DNA of 64,000 bases, from NCBI GenBank assembly GCA_951406725.2, contig OX597818.1, positions 85,498,001-85,562,000 of the forward strand. Direction: 5' to 3'. The position numbers and the translations under genes were made by a program. Shown here piece after piece: positions 27,076 through 41,156 of this stretch. The DNA comes from Octopus vulgaris. Taxonomy: Eukaryota. Within the stretch, counting starts at the first letter, position 1. Every line of letters begins with the position of its first letter. The notes under the pieces are model-generated. The model was not told where the DNA came from. It was given only the letters and a program-made list of their open reading frames with translations, and searched no databases.

Positions 27076-27209
27076 TAGTGTTAAGTATGTATAACAAAAG
27101 TACTTAACAAAGAGAAAATGAACAACTTCCACTTGCAACATTCATGAAAGTACACTTTTGATTTGTCACAAATAGAGGCAATGTTTTTTACATATTAATG
27201 TGATAGGTT

Positions 27210-27585
27210 TAGGAGTGGCTGTGTGATAAGAAGCTTGCTTACGAACCACATGGTTCCGGGTTCAGTTCCACTGTGTGGCACCTTGGGCAAGTGTCTTCTA
27301 CTATTGCCTCGGGCCAACAAAAGCCTTGTGAGGGGATTTGGTAGACGGAAACTGAAAGAAGCTTGTCGTATATATGTGTGTGTGTCTGTGTCTGTCCCCC
27401 TAACATCACTTAACAACTGATGCTGGTGTGTTTACATCCCTGTAACATAGCGGTTTGGCAAAAGAGATTGATAGAATAAGTACTAGGCTTACAAAGAATA
27501 AGTCCTGAGGTCGATTTCCTCAACTAAAGGCAGTGCTCCAGCATGGTCACAGTCAAATGACTAAAACAAATAAAAGAGTAAAAGA
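27210..27585 (+). mobile_element. SINE family A, full length, low divergence
   Basis: A-box-like TGGCTGTGTGA, B-box-like GGTTCAGTTCC, CORE-like ACCTTGGGCAAGTGTCTT, a short internal (TA)(TG) run and tail (TAAAAGAG)2. Confidence 0.9.
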
Positions 27586-28149
27586 GTGCTTGGAAAGTTA
27601 GCAATGTCATTCATAAGTTCATGAAAGACAAGTTCTTTTGAGTCCTACGTATGAACTTGAAATATTGCTGAGTTGTGAATGAGAAAATGAAAATTAGGCA
27701 TATGTGATTGGTATACTCCAGAAACTGAAATGTGTCTTTGTATTAAGAGGAGCTAAAACAAGAATCAAAACAACTAAGCATTTGCTCTGTAATGCCATGT
27801 GGCCACAGTCATTCATGCAGCAAGCTTATGGATTGTTATTCATCTGTCAGCACAAATCAATTCAACCACTCAATGGCAATTTGTGTCAGTGGTGTAACTG
27901 GTTTTCTAACTGTATGGTTTATCTTCAGTGCTGGTTTCCTCATCTTTAAACTCCATCCACCTGGACACAGAGCTGGTGTCTATGGTGTCATCTACGAATT
28001 ACTTTTCATTCATCCAATCAAGTTAACAGGTTCTGGGGGGCGCAAGCATAAACATAAGGAAAATTACAATAATACCATCAATAACATTGACAATAACAGA
28101 ATCACAGAGATAAGGCAATCTTCAAGGTACTCATAGTGTCATCTCTCTT

Positions 28150-28203
<54 letters not shown>

Positions 28204-29242
28204 CATATGTACACATGTCAGCAGATACTGCAGATGAAACTTCTCCCATTCACCACACTGGCAGTGCGTTTTCAGGAGATAGAGCAGAGGACATTGGCTT
28301 AAGGTACCATGCAGTGGAAATGACCCAAGATTAAGAAGCAAGGTCCTTACCACACAGCTACATGTTTTTGCTTTTCTGTTTTTTTTTTTACTGTGTTTGT
28401 TCAGAATTCTTTAAGATTTGCAAATCTTTGGAATAGGTTATATCTCATTTCCCATGAGTTTACTGATCTAATGAAGTAAGACATGTGCAGATCCTTTTCT
28501 AATTTATTTAAACTGCACCTCCTCCCCACTCTTGCCCTTCACAAGTCCCTGGAGAGAATTTTAAGTAATTTTTATCTGCATTTATCTAGTCTTTGAGGAA
28601 AAGGGGGGAGGGGCTCAGATCCTTCACTTCTTTGTTATTCTCCCCCTCTTGGCCACTTATTCCTTTAACTTCTCATCCCCAATACTACTACCACTTCTAT
28701 GACTACCGCAACTACTACTACTACCACCACCACTACCATTACTTCTACCACCACCTCTTCTATCACCACCACCTCTACTATTACTGCTACTTTTGCTACC
28801 ATCACCAGCACCACCATCACTACTATCATCACCTCAACTACAGCACCACCATCACTACTTTTACCATCACCTCAACTACTGCCACTACCTCTACTTTTTA
28901 ATACTGCTGCTGTCACCACCACCTCTACTATTATTACCGCCATCACTACTGTCACCACCACCACTACTAATTCTACTACCACCACTACTACTATTACTGT
29001 TACAAGTGATACGAACTAATTTGTGCACACTCTGCTGGTTAAGTTTAGTTGGTGCAAAGATTTAATTAAAGTGTTAATAGGATTTCATTAGTGTCTTTTG
29101 CTGCTAATAATTCGATAATTTAACCATGAATTCACTTAGTTGCTATTACATGATGTTAATTAATTAATTAGTTAACTATTTAGTTAAGTAAGTTTTTTCT
29201 TTAAACTATGCAAATAAAGTGTTCTAAAAATAATTGTACTTA

Positions 29243-29323
<81 letters not shown>

Positions 29324-29334
29324 ATTGTTATGTT

Positions 29335-29845
29335 GGCATGACTAAGTGGTAACAAGTTTGCTTCTCAACCACATGGTTCCAGGTTCAGCTCCCAATACTG
29401 CGTAGCACCTTGGGCAAATGTCTTCTATTATAGTCATGGTCAAAGAAAGCCTTGAGAGTGGATTTGGCAGACAGAAACTGCATGAAGCCCATCTTGAATG
29501 TGTGTGTATTGTGTGTGTTTTATGTTTGCCTTGACAACTACTGTTGATTACTTTACACTTCAGTAACTTAAAGGTTTGGCAAAGGAGGTTGATATAATAT
29601 GTGCCAGACTTGAAAAATAAGTATTGGAGTTGATCTGTTCAACTTCAAGGTGTAGTGCTCCAGCATGGCAACTGTCCAGTGTCTGAGAAAAGATAAAAGT
29701 TGGTTGTTTTGAAGGGACATCTAGCTGTAGACACCAAGCCAAATCAGACTGGAACCTGGTGCAGCTCTCTAGCTTGCCAGCTTTGGTCAAGCTGTCCAAC
29801 CCATGCCAACACAGAAAACTGACATTTAAGGTTGCTGATGATGAT
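29335..29845 (+). mobile_element. SINE family A followed by family C 3' part
   Basis: Family A motifs at 29335-29700, then the family C 3' module ending (GAT)n at ~29700-29845. Confidence 0.75.
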
Positions 29846-30029
29846 TGTTATTCTTATATATATATTTTTAAGTATCTCTGGCTTGTATTCACAAGTTACA
29901 AGAGGCTTAATCAGATGCTAAAATTGTAGATGATGACTCAGTAGTGTGTCAGCTCCAGCTTTTGATCCCCAGAAAAGGTGGGTTTGGTTTTAAAAAAAAG
30001 AAGATGAACTTGCTATCTTCAATTTGCTT

Positions 30030-30450
30030 TTCATACCTAAACTCACCTATGGTTATAAATGTTAAGTAATGATCAAAAGAATACAATTGTGAATATGAGA
30101 GGCCAAAATGGGATTTTCGCTGAAGGATTTCTGGAGTAATGTCACTTGAAAGGGTGTACAGCACAGAGATCAGAGAGGCTTCACGTCAAACAGTTGCTTC
30201 TCCACTTGAAGAGATGACTGCTCTGGTACTATGGACTTGTACTCTGAATGTCACAGAAAAGGATTGCAAGGCAGAGTCTTTAACCCAACAAGCTGGAGAC
30301 CTGGGGGTACATGAAGAGTGAGATGGGTGAATAATATATAGTCTCAGCTGGTTACATTTGGGAACCCAGCTGGAAAGGGCAATGATAGTTGCTTCTGATA
30401 CAACCTTATAGAGGAGAGGACTTGAGGCTTTATTCCAGGAATAGTGGACT
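30030..30450 (+). pseudogene. Decayed RTE-clade LINE 3' fragment
   Basis: Degenerate coding for LTYG..., MGF.RISGV.L.RV.S.EIRE and G.R..G.P.MRW. Homologous to 48800-49260. Confidence 0.65.
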
Positions 30451-30469
30451 GGAAAATGGATTTAATGGA

Positions 30470-30820
30470 TGTAAGAAGTTTGCTTCCCAGCTACAAGGTT
30501 TTGGCTTCAGTGCCATGCAGTGGCACCTTGGGCAATTGTCTTCTTTTATAGCCCCAGTATGACCAAAATTTTGTGAGTGGATTTTGTAGATGGAAGCTGA
30601 AAGAAGTCCATAACATATGTGTGTGTCTTTGTGTTGTGTCTGTCATTCCATTGTTTGACAACTAGTTGGTTTCTTTACATCCTTATAATTTTGCTGTTTG
30701 GAAAAAGTGACTGAAAGAATAAATTTTAAAAGAAATTATGCACTAGGGTCCTTCCCCCACCCCCACCAACCAAACCTTTCAAGGCATGGCCCAAGTCCAC
30801 TGACTGAAACAAGTAAAAGA
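30470..30820 (+). mobile_element. SINE family A (degenerate)
   Basis: Head, CORE-like segment and tail motifs. Confidence 0.75.
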
Positions 30821-31573
30821 AATAAAGATTAGATACATGTAATTACTATACTAAAATACGTAATTTTTATACTTAAATATATAATTATATTCATAAGTTG
30901 ATGTTGTGTAATTAGTTCATGTTTATGCCAGTTTCATTTCTTAATTAATCAATTTTGATGTTTTTGCACACTATTTTAATAAGCGTTATTTAATAACATC
31001 CGTTAATTATTATAATTGTTATATTTTATTTCAAACACTTGTGACATGTCGCTGCTACCAACATTAGTTTTTTTTTTTTTTGCCCAGCTGTGACTATCTT
31101 TTTATCAAACTTAATTTATCTAAGACTGCACTAGTGTATGTGTCCTTCCTTTATGAAGTCGTTAGTGTTTGATTTGAGTAAGATTTCACTGCTATATCTA
31201 GTGGCCCTGTAGAGTTTCCTATGTTGGCACAGTAGCCAATCTTGCCATTCTGTGTATTTATATGTTAACCCTTTTACTACAGTAATTATATATATATATA
31301 TATCCACTCAAAATTTCATTATCCTTTGCTATAAGCAATCTATCTTTTGTTGAGGAATGTCATGTTTGAAATTATTTTCCTTTGAGATATGTCAAGTTTA
31401 CTAAGGCAACATGACTTGCAGAAAATTTCAATTCAATTTTTTGATAAATATTTAACATTGTTGCTGGAATAACCATGAAACTTAATTTCACAGTTAAACT
31501 AATCTCAGTATTTGACTGACTTTTGTAAATCTAGAAGACGAATATGCACAGATAACAATACTGAGATTTCAAC

Positions 31574-31803
31574 TTAACCATTTTCTTACCATGTTTTTAC
31601 TGAAATATACTGCCTCTGTTTCAATTAATTTTGAAAATGAGGAAGAATTTGGCAAAATAAATGTATCCCTATTATTAAACTGGTGTTTAGAATATAAATT
31701 ATCCCGAAATGTTGATGGAAGGCTTTAATTTAAATCACTTAAACCCAAGAATTTGTATCATGGAACCAGATTGGTCCGAGGTGGTTGGTGTCAAAATATT
31801 GAA
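31574..31803 (-). mobile_element. piggyBac-like MITE (TTAA-CCCTTT termini), inverted relative to the 41157 array
   Basis: Reverse complement is homologous to 41157-41381. Confidence 0.7.
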
Positions 31804-31892
31804 AAATGTTAAGAAAATACTGCAAAGCATATTTTCTGGCACTCTACTAAAATTTGTCTTCTGGCATACTGCTAATAATAATAATAATAATA

Positions 31893-32348
31893 ATCCTTTC
31901 TACTATATACACAAGCACAAGGCCTGAAATTTTGGTGGATGGGGCTAATTGGTTACATTGATGCCAGTACTCAATTGGCATTTGACCCATAAAGGATGAA
32001 TAACAAAGTCAACTTTTGGCAGAATTTGATGAAATGCTGCTAAGCATTTTTCTGGCTTGCTAACAATTCTGCCAGCTTACTGCTTTAGTAATAATAATAA
32101 TAATAGTTTCAAATTTTGGCAAAGCCAGGAATTTTGTGGGAGGGTGCAAGGCGATTACATCAACTGCAGTACTCGGCTGGTACAAAAGATGAAATGCAAT
32201 GTCAACTTTGGCACTTATTTAATTGACCCTGAAAGGATAAAAGGCAAAGTTGACCTCGGTAGAATTTGAACTCTGAATGTGAAGACCAATGAAATACTGT
32301 TACGTATTTTGCCCAGCATGCTGACAGTTCTGCCAGCTCACCACCTTA
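31893..32348 (-). mobile_element. Two SINE family B copies
   Basis: Family B motifs on the minus strand with (AAT)n spacers. Confidence 0.8.
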
Positions 32349-32671
32349 ATAATGATAATAACAACAATAACAACAACAATAATAATAATGTTGTATTGAT
32401 GGTGATGATGATGATGATGATGATGATGCTGATGTTCATCATCATTGTTATCAATATCTACTTTTCTATGCTTATATGCATTAGATAGAATTCGTTGACA
32501 GCTTTTCTACAGCTGAATGCTCTTCCTGACACCAACCCTCACCTTTTTTCATGTAATGTGATATTTATCCGTGATCAGACATGTTTTCTTAGAATATTGG
32601 AAATTAATGACGCCATTTACATGGTGGTAATTCTTGTTTACAAAAGTAAATACTCTCACTCAAGTGGTTAT

Positions 32672-32967
32672 GATGACGAGGGTTCCAGTTGATCTAATCA
32701 ATGAAATTTCACAAGCCTGCTTGTAAAATCAACATGCAAATGGCTGAGTACTCCACAGACGTGCATACCCTCGATGTAGTTCTCAGAGAGATCCAGTATC
32801 CACAGAAATGTGACAAGGCTTAACCTTTTGAATTATGGGTACAACTCATTATTTCCAGCTGTGAGATAAAGCATCTTGCTCAAGGACACAAGGAACCACT
32901 GAGAATCAAACTCATGGCCTTATGATTGTGAGATGGATACCCTAACCACTAAGCTACATGCGTTCAC
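32672..32967 (-). mobile_element. tRNA-derived SINE (family D-related)
   Basis: TCTTGCTCAAGGACACA...AATCAAACTCA...CCCTAACCACTAAGC...CGTTCAC. The 5' region is homologous to 43860-43960 and 60895-61010. Confidence 0.65.
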
Positions 32968-35900
32968 TTCTTGCTTATAACCAACACATGAAATCAAGTG
33001 GGCTTCTTTCTGTTTCCTTATATCCAAATCCACTCAACAAAGGCTTAGGCAGGCTCAGGACTATAGTAGAAGACACTTGCCTGAGTTGCCATGCAGTGAA
33101 ACAGAACCCAGCATCATATGGTTGAGAAACAAGTGTCTTACCACACAACTACACTGAAGCCTATGATTTTTAATAATAAATTGCCTAGAAATATGAAGAT
33201 ACAATCCAATCAATTTCAGTGTGGTTTCAACTAAATGTATTGAGTTCCAAATGGACCATGTAAGACATATAGGCTGGCGCCTTACCATAACATACCTCAA
33301 ACTACATCTTAATAATATTGGAGAGAGACCAATAGTGCTGCTGCTGCTGATGTTGTTTTTGTTATTGTTAGTGATAGCAGAGATGCAATTTGATGGAAGC
33401 AAAACATTGGTAAATTTACAAGGGCCAGGAAATTGGAAGGACCAAAATGTTTTGGTGTATAAGAGTATTATTTTCTGCTAGACATGATTGTGTGTGTGTG
33501 TTTCTGGGTTTAGGTGGGAGTAATTGTTAGTGAACTGGATGGGAGTTTAAAAGTGGAGAAGCATTATATTAACAAGGAGATAGGTGGGGAAGTTCCAGGG
33601 GTGGTTGATCAGAGAGAAAGAAGATTGTTCTGTAGTTAGTTGGTTGTGTGGATGTTAAAACATGAGATTTGATATTAATAGCTCTGTGTGTTATGTTGTT
33701 GTTGTTATTATTATTTATTTGTTGTTGTTGTTGTTGTGTGTGTGTATGTGTGTGAAATCTATAGGTGGGTAGATGTACTGGAGTATAGATTAACAATTAG
33801 AAGCATTATGTAGTTGGGAAGGAGGATAAGCCCAAAGGTGGATAACTAAGGCAGTTGAATGTGTGGATGTTAAAACTGAGATTTGATATTAATAGCTACA
33901 TATCACTCCGCTCTGTGTATGTGTGTGTGTGTGTGTGTGCATGCTTGCGTGTGCACTGAAGTGTGTCCATGCTCTGGTGGTGGCAGTGGTGTTGTTGATA
34001 GTGACATTATGGGGATGGGATGTGGATAAAGGAGGTCTGTAGTTTTGAGTTGATGAAGATTTATGTAATAAGGACCTGAAAAATATAATCAATATGGTTT
34101 CTCAGCGTGTGTGTGTGTGTGTGTGTGTGATGGATTGGAAAAGGGGGATGGGAAGTAGCAGTGGTGTGAGGGTGAAGGTGAATTGTTATTATTAGTTGCT
34201 GTTTCAGATCAAAGGACATTCAGCCTGATGATGATAATGATGTTGATGATGATAGTGATGGTTGCAGTGGTGTCGGTGGTGGTGGTGGCGGTAGTGTTGG
34301 TTGTGTTGGTGGTAGTTGCTTGCAGTGGTTGCAAGTTGATTGTCTATCTTAATGGTAAACTTCTGTTATGATATTACAATACCATCTGTAATAATGTCTG
34401 TTGAGGTAGGTCGATGGTAGTGCTGGAGATGTGAGCGACTGTGGCAGTGCCAGTGGTGGCTGTGGTAGTAGTGAAAGTGGTGGCGTCATGGTGACAATAA
34501 TGGTAGGTGGTTAATGTGATGGTGATAGTAGTAATTGTTGTCTTGTTGTGGTTGTTGATGGTGGCGGGGACAGTAATGATGATAATGATACGATGGTGGT
34601 GATGGTGGGAATGATCATGGTAGTAGTGGTGGTGTTGATAATGAAGATGACGATAATAATGGTGGTGGTGGTGATGATCTTGAGGATAATGATGGTGGTG
34701 TGGTGATGATGAGGATGATAATCAGTCTCTTGCAGGAAGGCTAGAACTATGGGGTGCATATATTTGGGGGAGGAGGTGTGTGGGGAAGGATATTTAATAC
34801 GCAGTTTAAGGAATGGGAGGGGTGGGATGGTTGGGGTGGTGGTGCAGTGAAAGATGAAGAAAAGAGGTTGCAGGGCAGGTGGGGCAGAAGAAAAGTTAGA
34901 TTGAATATTTTAGAGGTGGTGTTAAGGAGAGGGTACGATTGGGTAGAATAAGCGTTTCCTCCCACCCCAAACCACCCACCACCACCACCACTACCACCCA
35001 CACCTCCCATCTTTCCTCTCCTCCTCCACTGCACTCACCCCTCTTTCCCATGGTGTATTTGGTAGAGAGTGTGTTCGTGGTGATGGTGATGGTGGAGTGT
35101 AGGGTATCGATTGAATTCAGGGTGTGTTTCAGTGGTGGTGGTAGTGATGTTGATGGTGGTGGGTAAATAGCATTGGAGGGTGGGGTGTCGGGTTAGTACA
35201 GAAGAGATCTAAATTGGATGAAAGGTATTGGATGGAGGGTAGATTGATTTAAGGGTGTTGTATAGGGGGATGTATCAAGTTTCAAATGTGTGCATAGAAC
35301 TCAGGATGAAAGGGGACAATTTCTGTGACAATATTACATATTACACTTCCTCCCTCTCTCTCTCTCTCTCTTTCTCTTTCTCCATACTGCATTTGTCTTC
35401 TTTCTCTCTCTCATTTTTGCTTCCTTTGTCTTTCTGTCTGTCAATTTATCAGTGTGTCTGACTTTATCTTTCTTGTAACTCACACACATACTTAGACTTT
35501 CTCTTTCACAATCATACATTCTTCCATTCCATGAAGATGCTCTTCCACAAAAGCCACCCTCTCTTTTCCTCTCTCTCTTTCTCTCTCATGCAGACTATCT
35601 TCTATACAACTTCTTTCTTACTTTTAGCAATTCTCATACAGCCATTCACTGTCTGTGTGCATCTCTCTCTCTCTTTCTCTCTTTTTCTCACACACCCTTT
35701 CTCTCACTCTCACACTGACACTCAGTCTCTCTCTCTCAACCACTCTCTCTCCCTCTCTCACACAACCACTCAGTCTCTCTCTCACTCTCATAGCCACTCA
35801 CTGTCTTTCTCCCGCTCACACATAACCACTCTCGCTCTCTCAGACAGCCATTCTATCTATCTATCTATCTGTCTCACAGTCTCTCACACACAGCCACTCT

Positions 35901-37345
35901 CTCTCTCTCACAGTCTCTTACTCACTCTCTCTCACACACACACACACACACACCACACCTATGCTGGCATAGGTTGAACAATTTGACTGTATTGGATAAG
36001 CTGAAAGACTATGAAGTTCCAATGTCTGTTTTGACATAATTTCTGCAGTGAGCTGCCTTTTCAAGTGTCAGCATCTCTACAGAGTGTTCTAAATGCATTT
36101 TTCATGACAGCAGTCCTAGTGCAATTTCCTTGCAATTTCCTAAACTCAGGGCTTATACATTTATAAAATATAATGAGTAGATAGGAATAAATTATCCAAG
36201 CAGATACTGTACAAGCACTCAGTTATAATCTGGGTTCTGGCTAACTGCATCAAGCTGTAAGAAACACCTAGATTACTTAAGGTAAGCAATCCCACTGTAA
36301 TTCATATCTGATGGGTAAGTTCTGGGCTTGCTTTGCTGGATTATGAATATTTTCAAGTGCATAAATCCAAGATAACTACAATTATCAATAAGATTAATTG
36401 ACTGTAAAAATTTTTTAAAAATAGAGATGTATTCATTGTAATTGTCTTGTTTGTGTGTGTGTGTGTGTGCCTTCCCCACACATGCTTCTAGCTGCTCTGT
36501 TCCCATTCTCTTCTACTCAACTTCTGCTGTGAGGATCTGCTTGGACACTTCATCACTATTTATCTCTTAGGAGATACTACTAGTTCATTCTCACTCCCTC
36601 TCCTCTAAATGCAGGTAGCCCTGTAGGTCCTCTACAATAAGAATCTGCTCCACCCTTCAACTTTATCTCTCATACATTAAATACCACCAAGCATAAAGAT
36701 GCCCCACCACCACCTCAGGTTCTGTAGACTTGTGAGCTGCATGGCTAAACTCGTTAGTGACTGTGGCACTATAAAAGGACCTGGTACACACTGTAAAGTG
36801 GTTGCTGTTAGGAAGGGCATTCAACTGAAGAAACCATGCCAAAACTGATATCATCATCATCATCCTTCAGTGTGGTTGAACAACCAATCCCAATCTGTCA
36901 GGACTCACAGTCTGATCGTCTTCCACATCTCTTGATCATTTATTGCAACTCCAAGTTCATTGATGGCAATTCATGAGCCATGTGCAATGACATCTAGGGA
37001 AATTGAGATTTCTGGAGAAGACTCTGTTCCTGTCAGCCTTCACAAGAGGAGGAATGAATTGATCACTCTTAGTCTGCACGATAACAGTGACCAGCTAATT
37101 TTATTCATATCTGATGTAGATGCATAGATGTTGGCTTCATCTTTCCATATATTTGTTGTAGGGTGGCATGCTTGCGCTAGTGAATGCTTTGTGCTCTGCA
37201 AAGACAGCAGACATTGGAGCATGATGCAGCTTGTGGGCTCATTGGATCCTATCAAACCAAGCCATCCCACCCATGCCAACATGGAACATCATCATCATCA
37301 TCATCATCGAGATGTTAAATGATATATATGTATATATATATAGAC

Positions 37346-37753
37346 ATCTTTTATCTTGTTAGTGTACAGCCATGTTAGGGCACTGCTTTGAAGAATTTTG
37401 ATCAAATGCATCAACCCCAACATATATTTGTTTCAGCCTGGTATTTATTTTATCGGATTCTTTTGCCACACCTCTAGATTACAGACGTCTATACACACCA
37501 ACACCTGTTGCCAGGTGGTGATGGGGGGATAAACACATGCACAATGACACACACACACACACACACACACTCATGTGTATATATATATATATATACACAC
37601 ACATGATGGGCTTCTTTCAGTTTCCATGTACCAAATCTATTCACAAGGTTTTGTTTAACCCAGGGCTATAGTAGACAACATTTTCCCAAGGTGCCATGCA
37701 ATGGGACTGAACGTGGACACATGTAGTTATGAAGGAAACTTCTTACCACACAG
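37346..37753 (-). mobile_element. SINE family A
   Basis: Both halves with an internal (CA)/(TA) run. Confidence 0.8.
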
Positions 37754-39481
37754 ATATTTCTTTCCTTTTTTTTAATATTTGACAAAAGTAACAAACCTAT
37801 GCATATCAAACCTATGCTTATCAAACCTATGCATATATTTTGCTTGCACTTGAGATTTTGACACTCCCATATTCCTGAGACTGCAGCTTATATTGTCACT
37901 GGACATCTTGCTGTGTGTTGTCTCTGTATCATGTCAATAGGGTGGAGAGGGTTTGTGTGGCATTGTGCCTGCCTTATATGGCCTATAATTTAAGGACAAG
38001 CAATTGCTGGTGAGGTGACTTTTCAATGCCTGGTCGAGTAGCAGGGTACTGTGTTAAGCATAGAAGCTACAGGCATTGCTGGCATTTTCTATGGGCAATG
38101 GTCAGTGATGGTGTTCCTCAATCATGAGTGGATAACTATCATCATCATATGTATGTATGTATGTATGTATGTATATTCCTCTCGTGCCGGTGGCACATAA
38201 AAAGCACCCACTACATCTTGGAGTGGTTGGCGTTAAGCAGGGTATCCAGTTGTAGAAACATTCCTAGATCAGATTGGAGCCTGGTGCAGCCGCTGGCTAT
38301 CCAGACCTCAGTCAAACTGTCCAATCCATGCCAGCATGGAAAACGGATGTTAAACGATGTGGATGATGTATATGTATATTCATATAGAGATGTATGTACA
38401 TGCATATTCATATATATGCACATATGAAAATGTCTTTGTGTATATATATGTATATGCCCTTTAAAATATGCTTCTGTGTATCAACATCTTTGTGAGTATT
38501 TCAACTTGATAAAGATTAAAGTTTGATGTATAATTGTGCACATGTGTGTGTGTGTGTGTGTATATATATAATATACAAACACATTTGTGAATCTGTGGTT
38601 TTTCTGTATGCACATATGTACATCACACACATCTATATGGATGTATTTAATATATGTGTATGTATATATGTAGCTTGTTTATAGTTGATATATATTCATG
38701 TGTATATTTATGGACTGATGTATAAACATTTCTATGCAGTAGCGAATTTATGTTGAGTATATTTATCTATATAATAAGCAAATATTTGCATATGCATATA
38801 GTTAAGAATATTCATATACATATAATATGCACATGTATGCATATGTGATATATATTTATGTACTTATATACATCTGTGTGCATGTGTATATGTAGCTATA
38901 GCTGTGCATCAATAGTTGCATACAAGATACAGCTTGCTATTATAGTTCTTTATAAATATAAATATCTCTGCTACTTCTTAGATTTACATACAAACTTGCA
39001 TGCATATGCATACACATTTCATGTGCATGTGTATACACATGAACATTTATACATCATACAAACACATAAGTACATGCATTCTGCAAATGCTTATACATAC
39101 ATACATAATTGTGTATGAATGCCTATACATGTATGCATATTCATACTTCTATAAGTTTTTTTTTTATTATTCATATATATATATATACATATTAATGAAT
39201 AATATATACAGAGTCATGTTCTAGTTATATCCATTACAATATCTCTGTAGAATCTCATCTCTTTGGATATATTCTTTCAGAATGTACTTGTGTGTGTACA
39301 TATTTATTTCCATACTGCAAGATTTGAAAAGTACTTCTGTACTGTTGTGATTTCTTTGCGTGATTCCTTAAAAGAAACTCTGTATATACTCACTATTGAT
39401 AGCTTTGAAGATCATAGTGTGTGCATGTGTATGCATATGTATGTATAAATGTATGTATGTATGTATCTATCTATCTATCTA

Positions 39482-39530
<49 letters not shown>

Positions 39531-39545
39531 CTATCTATCTATCTA

Positions 39546-39578
<33 letters not shown>

Positions 39579-39764
39579 TTATTGTTGTGTAGTTATAGCT
39601 TTGGTTCAGTTTGAAACCAAACTTCTGGTGTTAAGTGAAAATGCCTAGTTGAAAGTTTTAGCCAGAATTACCCACAAAATTCTTATTTGTATGTATGGTG
39701 GGAATGATCTTTGATGCTGTATATAGTAGTAATGTTCAGTTATTGTGGTGGGCGTATATAGTTC

Positions 39765-40329
39765 AAGCATGGTATGTAGTTAAGAAGCTTGCTTTGGAAT
39801 CACATGGTTTTGGGTTCAGTCCCACTGCACTGCACCTTGAGGAAGTGTTTTTTACCTATAACACTGAGCCAACCAATGCCTTGTGAGTGAATTTGATAGA
39901 CAGAAACAGTGTGGAAACCCATTATGTGTGTATGTGTGGACATAAATATATATAGGTGCAGGACTGGCTGTGTGGTAAGTAGCTTGCTTACCAACCACAT
40001 TATTCCAGGTTCAGTCCCATTGTGTGGCACCTTGGGCAAGCATCTCCTGCTATAGTCTTGGGCTGATGAAAGCCTTGTGAGTGGATTTGGTAGATGGAAA
40101 CTGAAAGTCTGTCGTATATATATTTGTGTGTGTGTATTTTGTGTGTCTATGTTTGTCCCCCCACCATCACTTGACAACCAATGTTGGCATGTTTACATCC
40201 CTATATCTTAGCAGTTCAGCAAAAGTGACCGATAAAATAAGTACTAGGCTTGCAAAGAATAAGTCCTGGGGTTGATTTGTTCGACTAAAGGGGTGGCCAC
40301 AGTCAAATGACTGAAACAAATAGTGTACA

Positions 40330-40367
<38 letters not shown>

Positions 40368-40778
40368 AAAAAGCACCCACTACACTCACGGAGTGGTTGG
40401 CGTTAGGAAGGGCATCCAGCTGTAGAAACATTGCCAGATTAGACTGGAGCCTGGTGCAGCCTTCTGGCTTCCCAGAACCCCGGTCGAACCGTCCAACCCA
40501 TGCTAGCATGGAGAACGGACGTTAAACGACGATGATGATGATGATGATGTGTGTGTGTGTGTGTGTATTTGTCATGGCCAGCCTTACCACTTGACAACTG
40601 GTGCTGGTTTATTTACATCCCTATAATGTAGCAGTTTGGCCAAAGTGGCTGATATAATATGTATCAGACTTAGAAATAAGTACTGGTGTGTCAGAGGTTG
40701 GAGAGAATGTGTTCAACTAAAATCCTTCAGGGTGGTACTTAAGCATGATCACAGTCCTCTGACTGAAACAAGTGAAAG
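39765..40778 (+). mobile_element. Nested SINE cluster: family A copies (39765-39920, 39954-40320, ~40570-40778) and a young family C copy (40363-40548)
   Basis: Diagnostic motifs. The family C copy retains CpGs and ends in (GAT)n. Confidence 0.85.
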
Positions 40779-41156
40779 AATGTAGGACTAAATACTGGAT
40801 TGATACTTGTTTTATTTATCCATGGTGAGTGGAAGGTAAAGTCAACCTCAGTTAGTAGTAGTGCCGCTATGGTGGTAATATAATAGTAGTAGTGGTGATG
40901 GCATTGGCGGTAGCCCCACAGTGTCATCATAATGGTGCTGGCAGTATTATGGGGATAACAGTGTGAGTGTATAGGCTGTTGTCATAGTGGTAACAAATGT
41001 CAATGTAAGAGTGACAGTAATAGCAGTTTTAATGTTGTTAGTTAAAGAGGTAGTATTAGAATCATTGCAGTGGAGGTGATTCTGTTGAGGTTTATGAGGT
41101 TCATGTTCAATTTTTAACATCTGACAGTTATGAGGAACAGTGACTGGTTATAGTGT

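Noticed and set aside
27210-27275. tRNA-like sequences at SINE heads (also 43870-43960 and 51383-51440)
   Set aside because: A/B boxes are present but there is no complete cloverleaf; they continue into SINE bodies, so they are not tRNA genes.
27704-28136. Overlapping 81-aa and 114-aa ORFs in unique sequence
   Set aside because: No recognisable protein motifs and no consistent splice-bounded open frame.
37794-37837. (AAACCTATGCATATC)x3 short tandem repeat
   Set aside because: An ordinary slippage-type minisatellite with no further structure.
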